From contig OZ024740.1 of NCBI GenBank assembly GCA_964016885.1, positions 56,296,001-56,360,000 of the forward strand: a DNA stretch of 64,000 bases, written 5' to 3'. Position numbers and translations under genes: made by a program. Within the stretch, counting starts at the first letter, position 1; every line of letters begins with the position of its first letter. This DNA is from Eledone cirrhosa (taxonomy: Eukaryota). The notes beneath the pieces are model-generated. The model was not told where the DNA came from. It did not search any database and saw only the letters and a list, made by a program, of their open reading frames with translations. This document shows positions 15,392 through 28,936 of the stretch, piece by piece.

Positions 15392-15574
15392 GGCGGTGGA
15401 TTGGCAGTATCGGTAGAGGGTCGGACGCCATGCTTTCCAGCATAGTTACGTCCCTTTACCATCTGAGTTCAAATCCCGCCGAGGTTGACTTTGCCTTTCA
15501 TCCTTACGGGGTCGATAAAATAAAGTACCAGTAATGCACTGGTAATTGCTGGCCTTGTGCCTAAAGTAGAAACA
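15392..15574 (+). mobile_element. Full-length tRNA-derived SINE with target-site duplication
   Basis: 5' GGCGGTGGATTGGCAGTATCGG (A-box-like), GAGTTCAAATCC (B-box), central GCCTTTCATCCTTACGGGGTCGATAAAATAAAGTACCAG. Flanking direct repeat ATTATTTAGCTGATTGG at 15377-15393 and 15575-15591. Confidence 0.93.
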
Positions 15575-16697
15575 ATTATTTAGCTGATTGGATACGCGCT
15601 ATTGAGTCGAATGTAAGCACTAGTAAAATAAAACTTCAAGAACATAAAGATATATTCCTCGACAGCTGTTATCCACTATCCTTAATAGATAATGGAATAC
15701 AACCGTCCAATCCAACACGATTTATGTTCCGATACTAAGACAAACAAACGAAACATACCAGAATGGAAAGTGCTTCCATATGTTTCAACAGAAAACCCTA
15801 CAATCAATGAAGATTACAATAGTATTTTTCAAAACAGTACAACTACTGCTACTGCCACTATAACTATGAGTGTAACCATTAGACTACTATTGCCACTACA
15901 ACTATTAATGTAACCCTTAGAATGCTGTTACCCCTGTCTCTACCAATACACCTGGATTAATCGAGTTTTACAAACTGATACTACTATAAAAAGTAAAAGC
16001 TAATCAAATTATCGAAAATAATATCAACAATTACAAACAACGGATCAGTCAATTCTGTGGGCTATTCAAATGTGAAATATGCTTAAATGCTTCATAAGTG
16101 TCGGAATTCCGTTTTAAACAAGACTTATGTGATAGCGTCCGAGAAAGGCACCATAAGCAATACTAATATGCTCATTTAAAATCAACAAATGTTGGTTTGT
16201 CCCCCTCACATTTTAATGCAAACGAGTATTATTGCCATTATAACTATTAATGTAACCTTTAGACTGTTGTTACCCTTGCCACTACTGCTATAGTTGTGGA
16301 TTCCAATCAATGAGAGAGAAAAACCACTACTACTACTATCGCTGACGCTGCAACAACTACCACTACTACTAGAGTTCTCTCTTCCTTGCGAAATAATAAA
16401 AAAAATGAAAAATCTAATAAGAATGGACAACGTTAAACATTTCATATCTTATCTGTTCTAAAACTAAGTGATACTGCAGCATCGTCATTAACAAACTCCG
16501 CAATTACAGAAAATATAAATAAGTTATACGAAATATATACAAACATGCAACTTCTATCATAGAAAAAAAATCAGTACATTTTTTTACTGTAGATCTAAAT
16601 AACAAATATCTAAATAATTTCATGATTAATATGTAAACACCCTCCTTTTTCTACGATGATATTTTCAATGTACAATTTCTCCTCCTGTCTTTAATAT

Positions 16698-16804
16698 AAT
16701 TGTTTCTACTTTTGGCACAAGGCCAGCAATTACCCAGTGCATTACTGGCACTTTATTTTATCGACCTGGTAAGGATGAAAGGCAAAGTTAACCTCGCGGG
16801 ATTT
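16698..16804 (-). mobile_element. 3' half of the same SINE family
   Basis: Reverse complement of the 15475-15574 portion of the SINE. Confidence 0.85.
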
Positions 16805-17188
16805 AGTTGTAGGTATTAGTTTAGCTCTTTGCACTCTAAAATGGTCAGAAAACTTCGATATGCGGTAAACATAAAATATACATAAAATGTACCGCATATC
16901 CAAATAGATGTGTGTTATGTTAGTTTCAGGAAAAACTGCCAAAACACACACTACTACACGGAACTCTCTCCCAATGCAACTCTCTATATCAATTAACACC
17001 ACATTCTCAACCTCTCTATATCCATCGGATACTCTATATCCATCGGAACTCTCTTCAAATCCCCCCTCTCTACATCAAGTATGCAACACTCTCTCCCAAC
17101 TGACTTTTTTCCCATTACCTACCTTAAGTATCGAGTACTCTGGTGGGTTATGATCCACCTGGCTCCTTGCCACACTTCCTTCGTTTTA
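16803..17188 (-). repeat. Unclassified interspersed repeat (family also at 35318-35612 and 36948-37092)
   Basis: 16803-16945 is the reverse complement of about 35470-35610. 17087-17188 is the reverse complement of the ACAAAG(G/A)AAGTGTGGTAAG... start seen at 35320 and 36951. Confidence 0.6.
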
Positions 17189-17189
17189 T

Positions 17190-17256
<67 letters not shown>

Positions 17257-17265
17257 AATGTATGC

Positions 17266-17692
17266 ATAGTATATTTGGCAATATACTTTATGTTTAATTA
17301 AAAACATTTTGAAGACGATTAGCAATGAGTTTTAAAATAGTGACTATGTCACTTACTTATTCTCGGCAAAAACAAAGAAAAATTATCGACAGTCTGTATC
17401 TCGCTCGTTAGCTTATATCACGACCACACACTCCTTTGCTTCTGCTCTGAGATTTATAGAAGCTGGATTCTTATAGAATATCTAATATTTAAGAGCTGAT
17501 TAAACAGAGCGATTGCCGGTCGAGCAAAAATTAGGTATTAGTATTGGTGCTCTGAAATAGCGATGTATACATGAATGCATGTATAGTATACTTGGCAATA
17601 TACTGTATGTTTATTTTAAAACATTTTGAAGACCATTCGCTATGAATTTTAAAGTAGTGACTATGTCACTTACTTATTCTCGGCAAAAACAA
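17266..17692. repeat. Imperfect ~110-bp direct repeat pair (about 17266-17374 and 17583-17692)
   Basis: Both copies end in TAGTGACTATGTCACTTACTTATTCTCGGCAAAAACAA. Confidence 0.85.
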
Positions 17693-17890
17693 CTAATATG
17701 TGATTTCCTCATTTTTTGAAATCATTGAATTGAGCTGAAGTATAGTGCTGAAATTCGTAATGCTTATGTACAGGAGAATAGTTGTTCAACACTAAGTGTT
17801 GTTGCTTAAATCACAGGAAAGCTTTGAAGTAGTTATTGCTATTAACCCTACTTCCGTCACAAAAACAGTTCAACTTTTAAAGAGAGTCAC

Positions 17891-18038
17891 CTGATGATGT
17901 CATTCACAGCAATAATCATTCTCGGTTGTCGTGTCCACGAGTCTCGTACAACATAAGTTCTGCTACTGGTAAAATAAATCCCCTTGTTTTTAGTCGTGCT
18001 CCGAAATACAATTTCCATAATAATATTCTTTTCAACCA
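17891..18038 (-). CDS. bHLH-PAS-type gene, visible exon 5 of 5: PAS-B C-terminal (PAC) strands
   Basis: Acceptor ttactttcag, donor AG|gtgact (or read-through to TGA at 17887-17889). 148 bp, phase 1 to 2. Encodes (M)VEKNIIMEIVFRSTTKNKGIYFTSSRTYVVRDSWTRQPRMIIAVNDII, in frame with the upstream exon. Confidence 0.88.
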
Positions 18039-18199
18039 CTGAAAGTAAAACAGAAAACAATATATATGTATATAAGTTTGGTGGATAGAACTGGTCATTC
18101 CGTATCGCCAACCATGATGTAATATTTGGAAGAGCACTCAACGTTATGCAACTTATCCATCTTCGATGTTGAATCTTGTTGGTGGTGCGAGAATGCAGT

Positions 18200-18850
18200 T
18201 AATTATTATTGAGTAAAATAACAGGAGGTCCGACTGGGGAAATACGTTCAAAGATTTATTTCAGTAAACACTATGTACATTTCAGTGGCCAGGTTACGTA
18301 AGTTCCTGGTGACATCATCAGTTGTATATTGCATAATAGTTATATAATACAGGAATAATGGTAAACACAATCCAACAGACTATAAGGAGGGATAGTAGGT
18401 AAAAAAAACGCGGAAAAACGTGTTTGACTCGAAGGCGATCAAGGGGACCAGTTGTTTTCAGTTTGGCTGGCCACCTTCGAGTCGCTCTATGCTCAAAGCT
18501 AAATTCTAATGTTATTCTAAGTTAAGCCATCTTATACAGCTTCATATGCAAATGAGATTAATCACCTCATTTACACAGACGAGAAAACTATATATTCTCG
18601 CCTGTTTTCAAAGTCCAGCAGTTGCGAGAGCGGATGTGATCGTCCTGATGAGGACCTGTTCAGTTCCAAAGTTTGTCTTATTGGGCGTATGTATTTTACC
18701 ATAGCCTCGGTTTGGTAAACCAAATCAATGAATGACGTGCGGTGGAGGAATGAAACCACCGATGTCATGATCTTAAAACCAACACCCAACACACTAGGGT
18801 GTGTGCATTCGTAAATTATCAGGCTTGTTATAAATGTTGAGAATTATCCT
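18200..18850 (-). mobile_element. Probable Penelope-like element remnant (possible GIY-YIG C-terminal remnant plus hammerhead-bearing terminal repeat)
   Basis: Hammerhead motif at 18268-18325 lies downstream of degenerate ORF 18571-18792 (FKIM...TEAMVKYIRP...LELN). Boundaries are approximate. Confidence 0.35.
18268..18325 (-). ncRNA. Degenerate minimal type-I hammerhead ribozyme motif (Penelope-type)
   Basis: Minus strand: acaa-CUGAUGA-(stem II with ccagg/ccugg)-GAAAU-guac-AUA-gugu. Palindromic helix-III loop GUAC. The stem II closing pair is mismatched. Confidence 0.6.
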
Positions 18851-19572
18851 TGGAGTACTAACATATTCAGCACCAGCCAGATTTTTCAGGACCTTCCTTT
18901 TTAGGGCCACAAAATAATTCAGTCCCCAACTACTAACCCTCCACAAAGATCAGGTAATACACACAATGGTATATTGCTCCTATATTTCAAATGTTGCTAC
19001 TGCTACCCACACTAACGACTGATTAACGTATGGTATATACTCCCACGAGATTTCTTTCCATATATGTGACTGTGTTCGTTTTTGTTTTTGGTGTTTTTTA
19101 TTTTGTTTTGTTTTTCTGCAGCCGTTGACTTGTAAAAGTCCAAGAGGAAGGCGTTAACAACATCAATCTCACTAGTTTCAGAAGGACTGTGAAGGTCATG
19201 ATACTGTTCTTTCCTCCAAATCAATCCAGTTGCAAACGAATATATTAGTTTGTGTTTGTTCCGCAAAATTAGAAAGTGCTTTATATAAATAAAACCGTGT
19301 TAGTAGAATGTTCCTAAACCGAATTATTTCCTCTTATTCAAATGTTTAGTATGACACGGGTGAATCGTTTTCGTTGGAGTGTTTGAGATATTACTGTAAT
19401 TAAAAACTCACCGAAGTATGAGATCGGCGTTACGCAGCTGCACGAAACCTTCTGGGATGAAGAAATAATCAGATTACCGACCCAAACAGTTATGTACAAA
19501 ATACTTGTGGTAGATTCAAAGCGAAAAAAAGATAATTCCTACATTATAATGACTTTGTCAGCGGTAACTTAC

Positions 19573-19679
19573 TTTCCTTGTGGGCTTTAGCAACATATTC
19601 CATATCTCCACCATGAACAAATAAATAAGCTGATTTCCCCAGAACGTCTTTTATGTTGAAACCAGTCAGCTGGAGGAAC
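19573..19679 (-). CDS. bHLH-PAS-type gene, visible exon 4 of 5: PAS-B core
   Basis: Acceptor tacttttag, donor gtaagt. 107 bp, phase 2 to 1. Encodes (R)FLQLTGFNIKDVLGKSAYLFVHGGDMEYVAKAHKE, matching the PAS G-x-S-x-Y-x-F-V-H-x-x-D pattern. Confidence 0.92.
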
Positions 19680-20309
19680 CTAAAAGTATACATGTATAGA
19701 TACATATATACACATACACATGATATATATATATAGATTAGCATCAATTGAAAAAATGTTAAACATTTTATCAAGTCAAGAACACGGTTACTATATAATT
19801 ATAAATATATCCTATCAAATGTGTTATGTTTATAATACATGCTTAGGCGAATAGCCAATTTTTTTTCGGTCGTACTACGATATGAATCATTTCTAAATTA
19901 TTATGATACGTGTTAGGGGAAGCAGTGTTTGAATTACCTAGTTTGCTTATATATTTATTTTGTTTCATAATCCAGGTGGTGTTTGTCTTGTAAGCCTTAA
20001 TTTTTTTTGCCCTTCCGTAATAAGATGGCTATTGAAAAAATACGGCTTCTGTTTTAAAACGAGTTCAAAAATTAGTACAAACATTACAAAAGCATCAATT
20101 TGACATTTGTGATAACCTGCGAATGGTGCAGCAGTAGTTTCTGAAATATCGTTCCAGAGACGAATTCCATCAGAGCGAGGAGCCATGAAGAAAACTAAAG
20201 TCTGCTATAAATGAAGACTAGTCGCTTCGGCTACAAACCCCGGTACTGCGGCCGTCATGCAGAGGAAAGGAAGATAAAAAAAAATACCAGGGATTGTCCG
20301 GCCACTTCC

Positions 20310-20375
20310 TCTTCGCACTGGTTGCCGTCGAGACCTCAGGTGTCTTCGCACTGGTTGCCGTCGAGACCTCAGGTG
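20310..20375. repeat. Perfect 33-bp tandem duplication within a GC-rich island (about 20217-20570)
   Basis: TCTTCGCACTGGTTGCCGTCGAGACCTCAGGTG x2. Confidence 0.9.
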
Positions 20376-21127
20376 TACTTGCACCCTGTACTGCCGAGCT
20401 CCGATGGAAGATCGGAATATCGGTGGTCCGTCTAAGGAAGGAGCCCCGTGAGGTGGGTGGCTGTTGCAGTAGGTGTCGCTGGCCATCGTCCGTGGGAATG
20501 ATTTAGCTGTTTTTTCTGCGGGGCGCCTTAGGCACAGAGCCCAATCACCCTCACCCTCCACACTCCCTTTTTTTAAAATATGTTCTTATTTTATATTCCA
20601 TTCTTTCTTCAGAATTTTTTCTTCTATTAAATTGTATTTACATGATATATGTTTACATAAATAAAATCAATAGAAATATTGGTAAGTAATTTGAACAGTT
20701 CGACGTCCATGTTAGTATTTCCTATGACTGTTCAAAAAGGGTTCAACACAAATTGAGTGAAAATCAGAAATCACCGTATCTAGAGGTAAGTTCATCGCTA
20801 CAAATACGCAGTATGGTTGAGCTAGGATGTAATATGTATATTTAAATGCATTCCCTCTGCAACCATTTAAATTACTTCCCTGTCAATTGAAGGAAAGTGT
20901 TTGTACTAAAACATAAAAACCATGAATAAAATGACAATCAAGAATGATGGAATAAAATAAAATGGAAAATGGACAAATATTGTTGGTGCCGAATAAATGG
21001 ATAAAGCGGAAGTGGTAATGTTCCAAACCTCAGGGAAAATTCCTTTGATTAAAATGCAAACTTGCCGAAACACCCATGTTTTCCTGTTAATTCTACATCC
21101 TCAAATGTTTATTATTATGTGTGTCAA

Positions 21128-21550
21128 GCGGTGGATTGGTAGTATCGGTAGAGGATCTGACACCATGCTTCACAGCAAAGAGTTGCGGCCCTTTGCGTTC
21201 TGAGTTCAAATCCTGCCGAGGTTAGCTTTGCCTTTACGGGGTCGATAAAATAATTGTTTCTACTTTTGGGACAAGGCCACAATTACCCAGTGCATTACTG
21301 ATACATTATTTGATCCACCTCGAAAGGATGAAAGGCAAAGTTAACCTCGGCGGGATTTGAACTCAGAATGGCAAGGGCCGTAACTCAATGCGTCAAAGCA
21401 TGTCGTCTGACCCTCTACCGATACTGCCAATCCACCGCCTCGATAAAATAATGGGGTCGATAAAATAATGCACCAGTAATGCAGCGGAGTCCCGTCAATC
21501 GACCTTTCCCTCTCCCCAAATTTCTGGCCTTGAGCCTATAGTAGAACTCA
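21128..21550. mobile_element. Nested SINEs: a minus-strand copy (21255-21439) inserted in an older plus-strand copy
   Basis: Plus SINE head at 21128 resumes at about 21453. The inner copy is flanked by the TSD TCGATAAAATAAT (21242-21254 and 21440-21452). Confidence 0.85.
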
Positions 21551-22053
21551 TTATTACGTGTTGTAGTTGAAAAAGATAGATCCTCCCATGAATCAGTTAG
21601 AAGGACTATGTTGGGTCATATATTATATAACAGCGACCTTTGGTCTACTAATAAAAATATTTCATGTTTCTGAAAAAGAAATTAACGTGATACGCAGATT
21701 ATGAGTGGATATTTCATGAAAAAAGGCAAATTATTTTCTTTCAAAATGCCACCCAGGGTTTATTATTACCCCCTCTCTCTCTTCATATATATATATATAT
21801 AATATATATTCAAAATCCTTTCCAGTTGGACCTATGTCGATCAGTACATAGTTCCTATGTATATTCACGACTGTTATACGTATGCATTTACGTATGAGTG
21901 GGTATATGCGTATATAAATATATACATATACATGTGTGTATAAATATACACTTATACATGTGTGTATGCATATGTATATAATAAAAAATATATACATGTT
22001 TAGGTGTGTGTATTTATGTCTGTGTAGTATGTACCTATATGTATATATAGATA

Positions 22054-23014
22054 TGTTTCTTTTATTTGCCACCAGGGCATCAAAAGTGGGACAAGTACAA
22101 AATGGGGGAGTTTACAAAACAAGGCGTCCTCAATAAGGAGGAGGCAATAACAAAATATAAAATAAAATAAAATATAACAGAATAAAATATATAACAAAAT
22201 CCTCAATAGAGAGGAAGCGCATTGGGGGGTCGCACACACCCCCGAAAAAAGTGTGCAACCCTTTTCCTCAGGAGCACAGAGAAGGGGTGCTCCCTTGGTC
22301 TTTCATCTTCCTCACCTATAGTCTGATGTAGAGTGAAGGCCCATTCACACGGGCCATTCTCGCCACTTTCACCCATCTTTCATAAAAACGGCTGGGGTGC
22401 AGCACCTCTCGCTCCATCCTGATCCTTCTTCCGAAATGATATCGGAAGAAACGGACCAGTTGTTGGCCAGAGAGAAAGGTGTCTGACCTCAGTCCTTTCA
22501 GACGCGTCCACCATACAACCTCTTTCGCCATGGCTATTACGCACAGAAACACCGCCTCTCCTTCGTTTTTGAAGAGGGGAGGCGGCTTGATCGTTACAAT
22601 AGACTCGGTGGTCAACCGGATCGGTCCCACCCTTGACAGCAGTTGTTCGACATAGCCCCACAGATCAGCAATTCCCGAGCAGTGTACCAATGCGTGTGCA
22701 ACGGTTTCCTCGTCGCACACGCATCTGGGACAGATCTTTTTCGAGGGGTCCCTACCCGGGCGCCCGTGTCTGTAGAGCCTTTCTCGAACGGACAGAGCCC
22801 TTCTGTAGCACTGCCAGGCCAGCGACTTCTGGAAGTTATCCATGGGTCCCGGGCTGAATGTCCTACCGAACAGGTTGGCCAGTTCGTCTTCCTCCATGCC
22901 AAGGGCTTCTCCGAGGGCGTCGTCGCACCTGCTAACCACCAGCCCTCTATAGAATGACGAGGTGGATTCTCCACCGACAGTCGGGTCCGCCTGCCAGAGA
23001 GCCGTGAGCTCTTG
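22054..23014 (-). mobile_element. 5'-truncated L1/Tx1-like LINE (ORF2 C-terminal zinc-binding region plus 3' UTR)
   Basis: ORF ...KKICPRCVCDEETVAHALVHC... is homologous to 29176-29987. TSD TGTATATATAGATA at 22040-22053 and 23015-23028. Confidence 0.9.
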
Positions 23015-23283
23015 TGTATATATAGATACATACACAATTAGACTTTGAATGTTCAATTCACATACTAATACGCACGCAGGCGCACACACAGCCACATATG
23101 AATCGTTACACACACACACGCACATGAATATACGTGTATATATATATATACGCACGCAGTTGCTCTACCTATTGCACTCCAACACCCACATAAGCCTACA
23201 TACAAAAAACAGGACCGATGCTTATATATATATACACATCTTCTCACAAATTACAATAAACCCTATATTTTTTAGGCATCACC

Positions 23284-23368
23284 AGTCTGAAGAGCAGGTC
23301 GATAACGAAGTTGGGTCAATAACCTTTATGGATGACCCTGAGCTGATCCTCTTCGAAACGTGCGTAAC
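23284..23368 (+). ncRNA. Degenerate hammerhead-like motif with long stem II
   Basis: gu-CUGAAGA (23287-93)-long insert with gggtca/tgaccc hairpin-GAAAC (23355-59)-gugc-GUA-ac. Stem I is only about 2 bp. Confidence 0.45.
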
Positions 23369-23498
23369 ATACACAATCTAAATTTAAATGCATACAACGA
23401 AACTTCGTCGTTCTTATTAATGTATACACTCTGCCTGTGCATCGAGTGCTGGTTTTGCTACCACCACCAGTATAACAGTGAATGACTTACACAATATT

Positions 23499-23534
<36 letters not shown>

Positions 23535-23694
23535 AGGAAGGTTCACAAACAGCACTCTGTGCTATGGTAGAATGTATATATATAGATATAATATATATAT
23601 ATACATTCTACCATAGATAGTATTAGCAAAAGGAAAGACCAATGGAAACATCGTTTCCTCTGTCCGATTTGCCGAAAGTCAATCGTTCCTTATT

Positions 23695-23733
<39 letters not shown>

Positions 23734-23798
23734 AAATGAAGTAATTCCGTCGGAAAAGTCCAGGAAAAAAGAGTGCTCTATGTAGGTAACAGAGCTTA

Positions 23799-24090
23799 AT
23801 AGTTATGTAATAAACAACATAAGGCAATTATTCCATTTACCAGTGGTTTCTTAAAAGCAAAAAATGTTGCTTTCAATCATCAGAATGAAAAAATCCTGGT
23901 CAATTTATTGATATTGGATTCTAAAAACAAAAATGCAATCTATATCTTAGATATAGATTGCATTTTTGTTTTTAGAATCCAATATCAATAAATTGACCAG
24001 GATTTTTTAATTCTGATGATTGAAAGCAACATTTTTTGCTTTTAAGAAACCACTGGTAAATGGAATAATTGCCTTATGTTGTTTATTACA

Positions 24091-24097
<7 letters not shown>
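23799..24097. repeat. Near-perfect palindrome, 149-bp arms, 1-nt spacer at 23948
   Basis: Arms read as reverse complements around TATATCT-T-AGATATA. One mismatch noticed. Confidence 0.95.
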
Positions 24098-24170
<73 letters not shown>

Positions 24171-24181
<11 letters not shown>

Positions 24182-24400
24182 AAGCTGGAAAATATATTTA
24201 AGGGTCTGTTTTTCTTTTTTTTATCCTTTTTATTTTGATTCGTCAAAATGACATTATTGTAAAGATAACGTTATTGAAAAATGTTTTCAATAATATTATC
24301 TTTTCAATAATGTCCCTTTGACGAATCAAAGAAAGGATAAAAAAAGAAAAGCAAACCCTTAAATATATTTTCTGTGCTATTTCCAACTTCACCTTTTCTC
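24171..24400. mobile_element. Imperfect palindromic MITE-like element between (AG)n and (AT)n tracts
   Basis: GAGAAAAGGTGAAG...CTTCACCTTTTCTC termini with fold-back symmetry centred near 24281. Confidence 0.65.
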
Positions 24401-24441
24401 TATGTCCACTGTTCTATATAGAACCTTACTTCCCTTTTCCA

Positions 24442-25180
<739 letters not shown>

Positions 25181-25647
25181 TATATATATATAAGGAACGA
25201 TTGACTTTCGTCAAATCGGACAGAGGAAACGATGTTTCCATTGGTCTTTCCAATTGCTAATACTATCTATCGGTCACAACTCCAGGTCGAAGGAGCAACG
25301 TGAAATAAAGTGTCTTGCTCAAGAACATAACTCATCGCCCGGTCCGGGAGTCGAACTCACAACCTCACGATTCTCTAACCAATCAACCAGACGCCTTTAT
25401 ATACATGCTCATTTTGGTTTAATCAATATACATAAAATATATATCGATTATGTTTCTCAACAAAAAATCCCCAATGGAGAACATTGCAACATTCTTCCTT
25501 GGGTAGATGACTAATAATTTTGAGTAGTGTGATATTTACATAGCAGACCTAACCTTACCGATGAAGAACATTATGGTCTTAAGTTGCTTATTACCCAAAT
25601 CGATAATTGGTGATTGATACACACTAAGGTGATATATATATATATAT

Positions 25648-25961
<314 letters not shown>

Positions 25962-26321
25962 GAAAGAGAGAGAGAAAGAGAGGGAGAGAGAGGGGGAGAG
26001 CGTTGACCATGTAGAAGTTATCTCCTGTCCATTCCCATTAAATCAATTAACGAGAGAGAAAGGGGTGAACACACCCACTAACAACATCACATGAAGCACA
26101 CCCAGCATTAACTTCCATTTATGTTTCGTAAACAACAAACAAACTAACGCTCGAGTCAAATTTTAGTTGAATGAGGATTATCTCCTGATCCTTAAAACGA
26201 TATAGGTCCAAGTTTAAGGACAACCTATAACTGAGTCTAGACCTTTCATGCCAAGTTTGAACCTGATTGGTTTACTGGATTTTGAGTGCATTGGTAATAA
26301 ACAGACCAACAAACAAGCAAT

Positions 26322-26406
<85 letters not shown>

Positions 26407-27768
26407 TGAAGACGGCAGGTAGGAAAGACGTATGTATATTTTCTTACTTTGATAATTTGTAATATATTTTACATAGATCACTAATAGAATGAACATACGG
26501 AGAACTACTCCCAACCCAGAAACGATCGTAAAATAATGAGTTTTACTATGAATTACCCGTATTTTGTTTAATTTCATTGTTTTAACTATATATATATAGT
26601 TAAGTGGTTGTATATCTCGAAATCACCAGGATCACAGTACTCCGGTTTGGTGTGATTATCGGTCATCCAGCTATGTTGTTGGTGGTTGGATTCAATTCTA
26701 TTGCCCCGAACGTAGGACTTTGGTGTCGATAGAACATTAACGAGGCAGGGTGAGATCGCATCTGTGGTACAAAACGGTACACAAGGAGATTCTTCGTCTT
26801 CGTTTCATCCGGGTCCAGCAGTCACGTGCAAGAACCGCTACGTAGTAATTGTGGGGTTAATCGGTCAAGTCAGCAACTGACCGAAAATTCTCTTAGGAAT
26901 TCAGACAGGCATGACAGGCACATTTAGGTCAGCAGCTTCTTTATGTGTACGTGTGTCCGACACACACAGACACACATTTATATGTATTTCAACTCAAAAA
27001 ACTCAAAAACAAACGCGCATGACCGCACAGATAAACAATGGACTATGCCACGTGGCTTGAACTTGTAAGTGAATTGAAGGTTCTGTAACTCTGATACACA
27101 GATTATTTATTATTAAGTTGTATAAACTTGACATAACTATTATCATCTTATATTCTCTCAACTAATCACATTTGATCATATTTCTCTATCCCGTTTTCTA
27201 CCCCCATAATTATAATATTTTTATTTTTATTTGAAAAAATCGGTTTTTTTACATTGTGTTATCCCCTCCAAATACTCGCTTATATTTCTTTATATATTCT
27301 CTCTATATATTTTTTTACATATATATTTTTTATCTTTATTATTTCCACTTTTATCCTCCTTTATATTTTACCTTATTCTTACTTTTATACCTTATTATAG
27401 TGTAATCTTCCCCATGCCTTATTATACATTATTAATTATAGATTATTATTATTACTCTTTTTCCGTTTCTAATTACCTCATGTACTCTCTCCTCCGTTAT
27501 ATATATATATATTGTATGCCCTTTGTGTTTGTGTAGCCTCTGCACACCCTCTGCACCATACTATCGACGCCACCCCATCTATGGTTCAGCTAACCACTCG
27601 ACTCCCGGGAATGAATATGACCGCAGCTAGTAAACAAGGACCCACACCCCACCCTCCCGCACCAAAATTAGACTTATCGTCCCCTACTTTTGCTCTTTAC
27701 TCTCTTTACTCTTTGTTCTTGAATGTTTGGTTGGTTGAGTCCATAACACCAATCAAACCCCTTTTATA

Positions 27769-27813
27769 GCTCTGACGAATACTACGGTTACGTAAGGAAG
27801 AAACATTGTAAGC
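27769..27813 (+). ncRNA. Minimal type-I hammerhead motif (Penelope-type), stem II partly decayed
   Basis: gcu-CUGACGA-(uacg guua cgua hairpin)-GAAAC-auu-GUA-agc. Followed by CAATAAAAATCTTTTGATGT, similar to the tail of the 47585 copy. Confidence 0.65.
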
Positions 27814-27856
27814 CAATAAAAATCTTTTGATGTTGTAGACGCTCTTGTGTTCTTTA

Positions 27857-28095
<239 letters not shown>

Positions 28096-28539
28096 GTGTG
28101 TATATATATATATGTGTGGGTGTGTGTATATGCTTATGTATAGATACACACACACATATCTATCTATATATATATTCCGCGCGTACGCGTGCCCTACAAA
28201 ATAGTTCAGTTGTACGCTCACGATAAACAACAGAGGCCATGTATTGTCCCTCTCCGACTAAAATCTTTTTCCCCTCGGAAAACACCCAGTTGATGGATGC
28301 GAAATCCGAAATATAAGGACAATTAAATCACTTCCAATGTAACTCTATCTCGTGTTATTCTTTTTACACCTTTGTGTACGTTCTACTACACCATCTACGT
28401 CTCATTCTACATTTCCTCTTACATCTCTCTCATTACCACATGATTCTGTTACCCGGAAATTGACCCATATGCATTGTTGAGGCTTCCAAAACGCCCAATT
28501 TTAATATTCCACAATGCTTCAAGCAAACTTCAACACTCT

Positions 28540-28583
<44 letters not shown>

Positions 28584-28936
28584 TATAGATATATGTGTCT
28601 GTGTGTACAGATATAAAGCGGGAAAACAAATATATCTATAATTGTATGTGTGCACACCCCTGCCGAAATTTGAAGTAATCAGAAAGCAATAGAAAAGTCG
28701 ATGCTCTTGCTCATTACAAATATTTTGTGTCTACTATCAGGGACGTTGGAAAAGGGGGAAGGGGCAGATGGGTAGTACTCCCCCCCCCCCAATAATTATA
28801 TTTTTCTCCCCAAACTACTAAAACGCACATCTATTTGTATATGCGCTACAATTTATCTACATGTTATGTAGAGACAGGTGGGAGAGATAGATATAGATAT
28901 CGAGAGGGGGGAGAGTTTGGAGTTAATTGATATAGA

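Noticed and set aside
15392-15480. tRNA gene
   Set aside because: A and B boxes are present, but the sequence continues into a SINE body with a TSD and many copies.
18641-18680. CTGATGAGGAC...GTTCCAAA hammerhead-like string on the plus strand
   Set aside because: GAAA is replaced by CAAA and there is no stem I partner.
26597-26962. Possible solo LTR
   Set aside because: Only one convincing terminus. No second copy, TSD or internal domain is visible.
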